Shown here: one piece after another, positions 29,105 through 39,360 of the stretch | Position numbering within the stretch: position 1 is the first letter of the stretch | Layout of the letters: each line of letters begins with the position of its first letter | Assembly: GCA_030141605.1 (NCBI GenBank) | Contig: JAQGDQ010000153.1 | Coordinates: 248,001 to 312,000, forward strand | From: Tubiluchus corallicola | Lineage: Eukaryota; Animalia; Priapulida | Reading direction: 5' to 3' | DNA: 64,000 nt | Notes under the pieces: generated by a model | Told to the model about the DNA's origin: nothing | What the model saw: only the letters and a program-made list of their open reading frames with translations | Databases searched by the model: none | Translations under genes and position numbers: made by a program

Positions 29105-29137
29105 GACGACGACGACAACAACAACAATAATAATAAT
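28583..29137. repeat. Compound hexamer microsatellite (TAACAA)3(TAACAG)47(TAACAA)16(TAACTA)9(TAACGA)(CAACGA)9 followed by CGA/CAA/TAA triplets
   Basis: Counted directly from the sequence. Ends about 20 nt before the Lbx exon 2 acceptor. Confidence 0.95.
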
Positions 29138-29156
29138 TGTACTGTATTTTTTTCAG

Positions 29157-29767
29157 ACGCATTCGGTTTGAGAGATCCCTTACAACTATTCAGCAGTCGT
29201 CAACCACCAAAAAGACGGAGGAAATCTCGAACAGCTTTTACTAATCAACAAATATACGAACTCGAAAAGAGGTTTCTCTACCAGAAGTATCTCTCCCCGG
29301 CGGACAGGGATGAGATTGCGCAGAATCTGGGCCTTACAAACGCGCAGGTAATCACGTGGTTTCAAAACCGACGCGCTAAACTTAAGCGCGACATGGAAGA
29401 GATGAAAAACGACTTGACGGCAACGGAAGCCATAATTAAGAAAGGCTCTCCCACTGGCCGCCTGCCCTCTAACATTACAGCTATTGTCCGCTCCGTGGCA
29501 ATGGATAGTCAGAAAATGTGTAATAATAGTCATTACCACGGACACAATGATCATCTCGATGCGCCGCGAGATTTAGAGATGGTTGACTCTACGAGTGGCG
29601 ACAGTGACAGTGATAATATTGATGTCGAAGGTGTGGAAACAGACGAGGAGAAGGAGACGTCAAATGTTGCAAGCACAGACAATAATAATTGCAGTTTAGA
29701 TGATAAGGAGGACATAAACAAAGGAGAGGAAGAGACGACACAGCAGCCTTCAACACGCGACAACTAA
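29157..29767 (+). CDS. Lbx: Lbx/ladybird homeobox gene, coding exon 2 (homeodomain ~29216-29395 plus acidic C-terminus)
   Basis: Acceptor TATTTTTTTCAG|AC at 29156/29157 completes the phase-1 codon G+AC (Asp) in frame with exon 1. Translation RQPPKRRRKSRTAFTNQQIYELEKRFLYQKYLSPADRDEIAQNLGLTNAQVITWFQNRRAKLKRDMEEMK is an Lbx homeodomain (T47, KRD-EE-K tail). Stop TAA at 29765-29767. Confidence 0.95.
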
Positions 29768-30134
29768 AATCATGCATGCCAAATAGCATACGTATTAATA
29801 ATTTTTAGTCAACAGCTCTTTTGGGATTATTCTAATTTAGTAAAACGTCAACTTTCATTGATGATACCATTCATTGCCAACAAACCAAGTTCTTTACCAA
29901 AGTTTTGGAGTAGACATTTCACACATTTGACGAAAATTAACATAAATGTGTGGGCCATGGGCAAAACAGTTCATGGGTGTCACTTCTATAGGAGGTTTGC
30001 GCACTTAACTACCTTGCAAACATGTTTTCCTAATTTTTCTTGAGATTCGCAACTAACGATCGAGTCGATTTTGTTACCATCACTAACCACAATAGTATTT
30101 TCCTAACCAAGCAACCTACCGCATAAGATCCTCA

Positions 30135-30557
30135 CTCTTTTCTTTCCTTTTCTTTCTTTTCTTGTTCTTTCCTTTCTTTTCTTTTTTGTCTTTTCTTTTC
30201 GTCTCCCTCCCCTCCCCTCCCCTCCCCTCTCTTCTCCTCTCCTCTCCTCTCCTCTCCTCTCCTCTCCTCTCCTCTCCTCTCCTCTCCTCTCTTCTCTTCT
30301 CTTCTCTTCTCTCCTCTCCTCTCCTCTCCTCCTCCTCTGCTCTCTCCTCTCCTCCTCCTCTCTCCTCTCCTCTCCTTCCTCTTCCTTCCTTCCTTTTCCT
30401 TCCTTCTTCTTCTTCCTTCTTCCTTCCTTCCCTCCCTCCCTCCTCCTTCCTTTCCTTTCCTTTCCTTTCCTCCTCTCCTCTCCTCTCTTCTCTTCTCTTC
30501 TCTTCTCTTCTCTTCTCTTCTCTTCTCTTCTCTTCTCTTCTCTTACCTTTTCTTTCA
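30135..30557. repeat. Polypyrimidine tract of (CTCCT)n/(CTCTT)n/(CTT)n repeats
   Basis: About 420 bp almost entirely C/T on the + strand, 370 bp downstream of the Lbx stop. Confidence 0.95.
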
Positions 30558-30975
30558 TCGCCAGACATCTCTTTTCGTTAATTAATTAATGCTAGTCAAG
30601 TGCAGATTGTATTTTTAATATTTTAACTAAATCATTGTACATAATGAGAATGGGATTTCTTTACGTGTGTTTGAAGTATTAATGATAGATATTATTGTAG
30701 GTCGTCTAAATTATAAGTTAATATGTATTAGCAGCTTAATCGTCCAGTCAGGTCTTTACCATCTTTCTGTTTCTTTATTTGATAAACCGATTAGCATTCT
30801 CTATGTACCGCTGATAATAATAGAATTTCACAATATGAACGTCATACAGTAGATTACCATATTTAGAGCGTATAGTCACTTGTTTGCAGCAGAAAACATT
30901 CTGCAAAAAAACTGTGTCGGTTAATAAAACTACAATAATGCTTAGAACCTGGTGAGCGACTAAATGTACTTTAGG

Positions 30976-31483
30976 CAGTGGCGGCTCGTGTATAGGTACT
31001 GTGGTACAGCAGCACCGCCCTTTCACTCATTATTATCGATAATATTCAATTTAATAAGTCTTTTTCTATAGTTCCTTGTTTAAACTTGTACGGAACTGAA
31101 GCATGTGAGGGAAGTACAATTTGTTTCACAGCCCAAGCAGCGTGGTGTTTGGCTATTGTGCGCATGCGGCCATGCGCAGATTTGTGAGGTAAGACGCTGT
31201 ACTTTAGTTAGAATGAGTACGTCGCTCACGCAGTAGTTGTCATGTGTTTAAAAGCCGTGTATCGGCATAATTCTTGAACTGCGGTAATTTAGGTTTTTCC
31301 TAAGAGAACAATATTTTTCGTTTAGGAGTTTTGTCAAGTTTATGTATAAACTAGTTTGTTTGTCTAAAATTACAACATTAAAATTACATATGTTTGTTTC
31401 GTTTTATACAGTATTAAAACAATTGCTATAAAAGTTTAATTTTGCAGAGCACCCCCACTAATCTTAGCTACGAGCCGCCACTG
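30976..31483. mobile_element. hAT-like MITE (508 bp)
   Basis: 14-bp perfect TIR CAGTGGCGGCTCGT / ACGAGCCGCCACTG; 8-bp TSD ACTTTAGG (30968-30975) / ACTCTAGG (31484-31491), 7/8 match. Confidence 0.85.
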
Positions 31484-32825
31484 ACTCTAGGTAAATAAAA
31501 TGTAAGCAGCGTTTTATTAAAAGATTTCTTAGCGATTTGAAATGATTTACAAGTTTTATATTTATACTTATTGACAGACTGCATTGCAATTGAACAGAAA
31601 TACAATCATCATCAAAAAGTGCCTAATCTTTGGCTTACCTTTCGTTAATTATTTGGCTAATTGCCTATCGAATTTTTTGGTTCATAAGGTTGCTACATAA
31701 AAACAGCTGATCTAACCAGGGCTTAGCTACTGCAATCCCAATAAAATTGTACTTCTTTGCCCCCCCCCCCCCCCAAGTGACTAAACTAAAGAAAACGTTA
31801 TTGCAAAGGTGCCTGCATGTCTAAAATGATTTATCTCTGCCACCAGCTATTATATGAGTAATCTAAGCCTAATTAAATGTAAAATTCTTTCTACTGTTTC
31901 GATATGAACGTGTACGTGTACATAAGTCATTTTATTTAATAAATTACAGAAATGTGTTCTGTGCATGGCAGAATTTGTGTAATTATTTATTAATAAAGAA
32001 ATTTATTACCATCATATCGTGATTGTTTTTTCATTAAATACTTCTTGTTGTTAACTATAAAACGTAGCATAGAAATCTAGTTTAAAGTGCAATTTAATTG
32101 ACGACAGGATATCACAAAATTAACAACAATTGTATTTGGTATATACAGGATGGCAGGAAATGATAGCCCTCTATACTTTAAGGCTAGCACGGGTAGATCC
32201 TCTATGCACTTTTAGAATTTTTTATCATTGTGATTTCCCACTTAATCTTACTTACTTCACCGTACTCCTGTGCATTTATGGCATTGAAGCTCATAATAGC
32301 AGTACTCATTATTAAGATAAGTGTTTTAAGAATACTGCTAAGCAAAATTCAATGCTTTTTCTCGTGGTTGCGTCAATTTGTCTATTCCGTTCTGTTTCTT
32401 CTATACAGCGGGGGAAATCATTTCCTGACACCACTCACTTGCAGCCGTATTCCTGATTTTTGAAAGTTCGAAACAGTTTTCAAGAGGTAGAAGCACTGCT
32501 TCTTCTTGTGAGAACTTGGATTGATGGTTGCAGTCTACAGGAGAATTAGTGCACCGTATGCATGGCTGCATGGGATTTAGGTTTAAAAATGATATCGAAG
32601 AGGATGGCGAGGACTTGTGAAGGTTTGCATAAAAAACCTGCTGAACGGCACCTTACCCCTTTCAAAAGGTTTTGTTTGATACCGCTTCAAAAAGGTGCCT
32701 ATAAATGTGAAGTTGGAAATTTTGCTCATTATTTTTGTAGTTTGGATTTTTACAATATTTAACTAGCTGAATTCAGTAGCAGCTTTAGCTGCGAAAGAAG
32801 GTCTTTATCATTATCACATTCTCTA

Positions 32826-33027
<202 letters not shown>

Positions 33028-34129
33028 ATTACCATTATCAGAACAGCCTTATACAGGTGTCACATACTCATTAATATCAATAGTGGTACAATATTAGTTG
33101 CAGATTTATTATACCATAACAATAGGTTACTTAGGTATTCATTCAACAATGTAGTTCTAACTGCTCATCTTAGACAGGTAAACGACATTTAATAAGCCTA
33201 ACATATTGCCATACAGGCCAATTTGCGTTCGCTGCCTTTGTAGGTGTCAGATGACCACAGTGACCGGATGCGCAAGGTTTGCTGCATTGGTCATACTCGC
33301 GAAACTCAGAAATTGGCATCATGGGGAGCTAAGCCCAGCGCCGCGCCGGAGAATGGCTCTTAGTTTTAGCGTTTATTGCACAAGTTCAGGATATAACTAG
33401 CGTGATTTATAGCGCCTGCTAGGCCTAAGTAGCGCTATGTCCTTTGATGTTGCGGGTCGGACGAAATTTCGTGCTCACCGCACGCTGTCGGCTGGAATTT
33501 AGTACGCGAGTTTATTGCACCAATAATGGCGCTTGATTTACTACGTGTCAGCTGCTAGAGCATCCGGCCAAAATCCAAACAAAAATTATCCCCCATCTTA
33601 GGGCTCTTGCTGTCTCTCCCGGGTGGTTAATTGCAGTGCTTTAGTTGATTTTGAGAGCAAAAAATCAATGAGCTTCGAGCGCACAAGCACAAAGTGACCA
33701 AGGTTTCTTTATTGCGGAGTTACACGTCTCCGTGGACGGTACGAACGTTTTCATAGGCGGCGCCCCATTTGGGAAGCACCCCGGGGCGGCTAGATCAAGC
33801 ATGACGGCATTAAACGAGGCAGGAATATGAACTCGGATGATTTATACTCAGCAAGAGCTTGTTAAATGCTTCACGGCGATCATCAGAAAGAAAAGAGAGC
33901 TTGGGTGTGCGGCAAAAAGCTAAATCAAAGAGTTAAACTTACTCGGTCAAATAACAAGTGAAAAAGCATTTAAAATTGTGAATTGACAGCAGGAATATTA
34001 TTTGTTAATTTTTTCATACGTTTATTCATTTATTCATATTATTAAGGCCTAATTTGTTTGTTTATATGGTACGTATTTTTATTAAAAAAGCATAAAATGC
34101 ATATAAAATACGTAACCAAAACATATAAC

Positions 34130-34480
34130 GTCTGTATCTATAGCTGCATGTATATGCGCATCTACATCTACGTCTTCGTCTACATCAACATCTACGTCTA
34201 TATCTGCATTCACATCCGTATTCACATCGCAAAAATCTCAGTCTATGTCTATGTCTGTGTCTACGCTCACGTTTACGTTCATGTCCATGTCCGTTCCATG
34301 TCCATGTCCATATTCATATGCGCATGTCTATGTCCGTGTTCATATCCATGCTGATGTCCATGTCTATGTCTGTGTCTGTGTTTGCGTCTATGACTCTGTC
34401 TATGTCTATGTAAAGTTTATGTTTATGTTTATGTCTATATCTACGTCTGCATCTACATCTACATCTACATCTACATCTAT
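34130..34480. repeat. Degenerate hexamer array (ACATCT/ATGTCY)
   Basis: Directly visible. Confidence 0.85.
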
Positions 34481-34546
34481 AATCTAAATCTATTTGTGTA
34501 TAGAACACATGCATTTACTAAAATCAACTCTTTAATTAATTGTTCT

Positions 34547-34560
34547 TTCATTCGTTCGTT

Positions 34561-34591
<31 letters not shown>

Positions 34592-34827
34592 TCCTTCCTT
34601 CCTTCCTTCCTTCCTTCCTTCCTTCCTTCCTTTCTTCGTTCGTTCGTTCGTTCGTTCGTTCGTTCGTTCGTTCGTTCGTTCGTTCGTTCGTTCGTTCGTT
34701 CGTTCGTTCGTTCATTCATTCATTCATTCATTCATTCATTCATTCATTCATTCATTCATTCATTCATTCATTCATTCATTCATTCATTCATTCATTCATT
34801 CATTCATTCATTCATTCATTCATTCAT
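34547..34827. repeat. Compound tetramer microsatellite (TTCG)n(TTCC)n(TTCG)n(TTCA)n
   Basis: Directly visible. Confidence 0.97.
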
Positions 34828-36361
34828 TTCTATATTTATTAATTCTGTAAGTTCTTTTTTCAGGTCACTTATGTTTAACATAGTAGATTGTGGTATTTTC
34901 ATACATGGTTATTTATCCCAGTTAATGGTGACGGGAATTCCAGGCCAATTATGAGAAAATTTCAAGAATGTTGAATTGTTGTTCTGATGCGATAGGATCG
35001 TACTAGCAAGTCGGAACTGAAACAGAAGAGGTATACTAGTGTATTTTAAAACAAAAACGCAGATTGACTCTTATTAAAACAAACAATTAAGTAGATCAAA
35101 ATGTCACTAAAAAACAAAAAAGTTTGTTCTATTTAATTCGCCATTGTTATTACTTGTCCGTTACTTCAAAATCACTACATAAGAAAAAACAAATAAACAT
35201 AAATCCGCATTACTGAGTTTTAATTTCTAAATATTTAATCAATTAATCTTTATTTGTATATAATTGCAGTTAGTTATTCATTTATTGGCCCAAATTTATT
35301 TCTCAGTGGCAAGAATAGGCGGTATAACAAAAAGAAAAGCACGGACCCACAGTGGATAAAAGTCACAAGGGAGAAACATAGAAGCATAATGGCCACACAG
35401 TGGCTGTGATTTGTGTTTGTGTTTTTTCGTCTTTTTTGACACCGTCATAAATCAATTAAAACTACCATTTTTACCAACTGCACGATCTGACTGCAATGAT
35501 TTTTCTAAATCTGACCAGAAAATCCTACCCTATTACCGCCATCTAGTGAGCATTTTTCAAAGCTCTGCCGTTTAGCCTGATATGCGCTTACAAAGCCTAC
35601 ACCATGCAATGACTTCAGCTATTAGTATTATGACTTGTTAATCTTTTTTCAGATTCTTGAGTTTAGCTAATATATGCATAGTACTGATGCACGTTAATTC
35701 AAGGTAATATGTTTGTAACATCAGAATGAAATTACAAAAATGGGAATTTTGCACAAATTACTTTACGTATACAACTAGTCGACAAGTCTTTTACCTGGCA
35801 CCAATGCTGGCAGGACGGTACGAAGCTACGACGGTACGGCACGAAAAAAATCTTAAAAGTACTGCATTTTTTCAACAGTACGGTGCGATACGGAATTTAC
35901 GGTATTTTTTTCGTACTTTTATTGTACCTTTTCTGCATCATTTTTCTCAGTTTCTTGTAACGTTTTCACTGGTCAGCAACTCGGCATGACGCCGTTTTGC
36001 TCATGGATGGACATTTACTGCTCTCGTCTAATTAACATAGAGCACACGCAAATAAAAGGCTAGATAGGTTCGTTTTGGGTGCAAAAGCGGCAAGTTTTTG
36101 AGTACTGGATAGTGCTGCCACCTTCAGGTGTTCTTGTTAAAATTGTTAAATCTTTCTCTTCACTGTTTAAATTTTCATTGGCTTCTACAGTCTTTAGGAA
36201 TGCATAATCTCTAAACCTGCTTTCACACCTAAATGATTTCACCTGTAGTTTTGGTCACTTGGTTTTCTGTTTATGACAATACTTCGCTGATTATGCAGAC
36301 ACTTCAGAATAAAATCTTAAAACTAAATTTTAAGTTTTTTGCTTTCTTTAAACCCAAAGTT

Positions 36362-36380
36362 TGGTAGCAGAGAGTAGTTT
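36362..36380 (+). other. Primer-binding site (tRNA-iMet type) of the BEL/Pao element
   Basis: TGGTAGCAGAGAGTAGTTT is complementary to ...AAACTACTCTCTGCTACCA, the animal initiator tRNA-Met 3' end pattern (TCTGCTACCA). It follows AATAAA (36308-36313) and ..CA of a probable LTR end and precedes gag. Confidence 0.7.
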
Positions 36381-36382
36381 TT

Positions 36383-38231
36383 GTGACCATGCCTACAATA
36401 GGACAAAAAGGTGTAGTTGATACTTCGTCAAAAGATGGCAAACAAAGCAAAAGCAGTGAAGCAAGTGGAGGACACTCCAGTGAAAGGATTGGTGACCGAG
36501 TCAAAGCCTTGAAAAACGAAAAAATGGCTGCAAAACAACAGTTTACAAAGCAGATCAACAGTTAATAAAACAGCACTTGGAGCAGATGGATCAGATACAA
36601 GTAAGAACTATTGACATTATTAGAGAGTTGCATGAATGTTACTGTACGCTGGATGATGTTGATATGACTGAGAAAATGGAACAAGAAATGGAAATACAGA
36701 AGTTGAAAATGATGAATGGTAATAAAAACAACCAGCGCAATTGCACTCGTCTGCTGTCAGTCAAAAACCGGAGGACCCATCCATTGGTAGGGATATGTGG
36801 AAGCAATTGAAAAGAGTTAGCATTCCAATATTTTCCGGAGATGTGAAAGAATATGAGAACTGGAAAGCTGCGTTCAATGCCTGTGTAAACGATGCACCTG
36901 CAACAAAGGAATACAAATTGCTTCAGCTTGGGCAATATTTATCGGGAGTGGCACTGCAAGAAATTTCTGATCTGGGACAGCTACAACGTATGATGCTGCA
37001 TTACAGCGACTAGAGCGGAAGTTCGGAGGGAAATCGAGACAGATAGCTCTACAATTCCAGGAATTGCGAAGTTTCAAACTTGTGCGAGCCAACAACCCAG
37101 ATGATCTCGGTAAATTTGCTGATTTGCTGGACATTGCATCAAGGAATTTGGACTAGAAAATGAGTAGAATAGCCATATGTTCTACAGCATGCTACTGGAG
37201 AAGTTAACAGAGCAAATGGCGAAGGATTACAAATGGTGGATTTTAGAAAATAAGAAAGAGTGGATTGTGCGAGAAGCAGAATGCAGAACACAGGCTTTTG
37301 AGATTATCCATGGAGTTGGAAGCACAGCACAGAATGAGAAACCGAAATGGAAAAACAAAACATTTTTTGCAAAGCAGGGAGGCACTAATCAATCAAAACA
37401 GCCACATGCAGCGCGAAAGACACTTGGTCGAAGATGTGCATTCTGCACAGAAGATCACCCAATTTGGTTTTGCCAGAAGTTCAAGGATTTGGACATGGAT
37501 GGAAGATGGAATCCTGTCACAAAGCTCAAGCTGTGTTTCCAATGTCTGGGCGATGACCACCAAGCTAGCCGATGTTATAGAATGCGAAGTTGTGGAATAA
37601 ATTCATGCACACAGAATCACAACAGGCATCTTCATCAAACATATCCTAAATCGAGTAGCATGCCAAAAGCTATTGTAGAGCAAAGGATGCAAGAGGGGGA
37701 GACAACATCCACAAGTACTCGAGTGCAGCTGACTACGCCATGATGACAGTTCCTGTAATCCTGAAAAATGGTACAAGACGTCTCCAGGTTAATGCACTTC
37801 TTGATGATGACAGCACATCAACATTTGTGAATTTATTAGTAGCAGCAGAACTTGGTTTACAAGGGGCAATCGAAGAAATTTCTGTCAGCGTTTTGAATGG
37901 AGATCTGACAACATTCGAGACTATGCCAGTTCACATGAGATTGGAAAATGTAGAGAATACGCTAGACATGATGATAACTGCAAAGGCAGTAGAGAGTGTT
38001 ACTGGAAACCTGAAAGCGTACGACTGGAATCACCATGCTAACCAATGGTTTCACATTAGAAACATTAATCTTCCAAAGCTAAGCCGCCCTTTGAAAGTCG
38101 GTATGCTGATTGGTTTAGACTACCTATTGTTACACAAATCATTAGGAGAAGTGGCTGGAAGATCCAATGAAGAGCCAATTGCACGATTGGCACCACTTGG
38201 TGTACATAATTATACAGCTTTTGTAAACTAA
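36383..38231 (+). pseudogene. BEL/Pao LTR retrotransposon gag-protease, frameshifted and truncated before RT
   Basis: WKQLKRVSIPIFSGD..YENWKAAF (DUF1759-type gag); three zinc knuckles CAFCTEDHPIWFC, CFQCLGDDHQASRC, CGINSCTQNHNRHLH; aspartic protease VNALLDDDSTSTFV..LIGLD..PIARLAPLG. Split over ORFs 36383, 36741, 37177 and 37740. Confidence 0.9.
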
Positions 38232-38864
38232 AAAAAATACGGTAGTATTCAAGTTTTAACAGCAGTTCTGTTTTGATGTAGTATGCATAAATTCATAATA
38301 AGAATATTAATAATAATAATAAATCGGATTTACAATTGACGTCAAGCATATTGGTCTGTCGCCCCGCCTCTGTTGTGACGCAACACGCTGATGGGAAATC
38401 GGGGACATCAGCTTGAATCGAACAATAACTCTTATTAAACAACATGACAAGTATTGAACTATAATGTCTAATCAGCAATCTGATAAACTGATTACGCTTT
38501 TCATACACAAAATTTGCAAGGCAGCAATTATTTTACAAGGAATTAATACTTCAAGCAGCCAAAAAGCTACTTCCGTACATGCACTTGGTACGGAATTTCG
38601 GCAAGGAATTACGGCACGGTATTTTATCGTACTAGTACGGTACGATTCAATTTTGCAGGTACGTTTTGGAATTATTTTACGGTATTTTTTCAGCTTAGGA
38701 ATCACCGTATTTTTTTCTTACCGTACCGTACAGCCAGCCTTGCCTGGCACCGCCAGATTTGCCTGCCAAACTTGGGCAATCGGAAAGAAAGCATCATGTG
38801 AAGTAAACGCATTGGCCTTAGTAGAATTACTGCCCATTTAGGTACTTTATTTTTTGAAGAACTC

Positions 38865-39360
38865 TATAGATCATAGTCTGATTATTTTCTGATTTTGTCA
38901 AATAATCTGTCTCTTTTTTAATTTTTTAAACACCCTCCAATCTTTTTCGATTTCTCTAAATAGTTCAATACAACTTTCTGTTTCTTTCAAATTGTCCACA
39001 GCTTTACTGTTTTTTTAATAGCCCGCTTCTTTTCTGTTTATGTAAAGACTACTGCGCGTTTCTGATTCTAATGAATAGTTAAATAGTTTGGTTCCTTTCT
39101 GGTTTTTGAATTTTTAATAATCGCTTTTTCTGACTTTTTTAATGATCCGGCTACTTTTCTGGTTTCGTTAAATAGTTCTGCTCGTTTCTGATTTCTTTTA
39201 AATTGCCATTTCGTTTGCCATTTTTAAATAGTCCTGTTCTTATTCAGTTACATTTAAATAGTACATCTTTCTTCTGATTGTTTTTGACAGCTCCACTTGT
39301 GTTTTTATTGCTTTAAAAATAGACGGGCTCGTTTCTGATTTCTAAAATAGTCAATTTTTT
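38865..39360. repeat. Degenerate ~29-30-bp minisatellite (roughly 15-17 units)
   Basis: Recurrent TTTCTG(A/G)TTT...AAATAGTC...GCTC units at about 30-bp spacing. Confidence 0.7.

Larger units (their letters stand above)
35802..38742. mobile_element. hAT-like non-autonomous DNA transposon (2,941 bp) containing a BEL/Pao fragment
   Basis: TIR CAATGCTGGCAGGACGGTACG vs reverse complement of the right end CAAGGCTGGCTGTACGGTACG (18/21). Perfect 8-bp TSD CCTGGCAC (35794-35801, 38743-38750). Clustered TACGG/ACCGTA subterminal motifs at both ends. Confidence 0.85.

Noticed and set aside
29186-29789. Antisense ORFs over Lbx exon 2 (and 9255-9601 over exon 1)
   Set aside because: Shadow ORFs of a real coding exon with no recognisable motifs.
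38865-39360. CRISPR-like periodicity
   Set aside because: No identical repeats with unique spacers, no cas genes, and a eukaryotic context.
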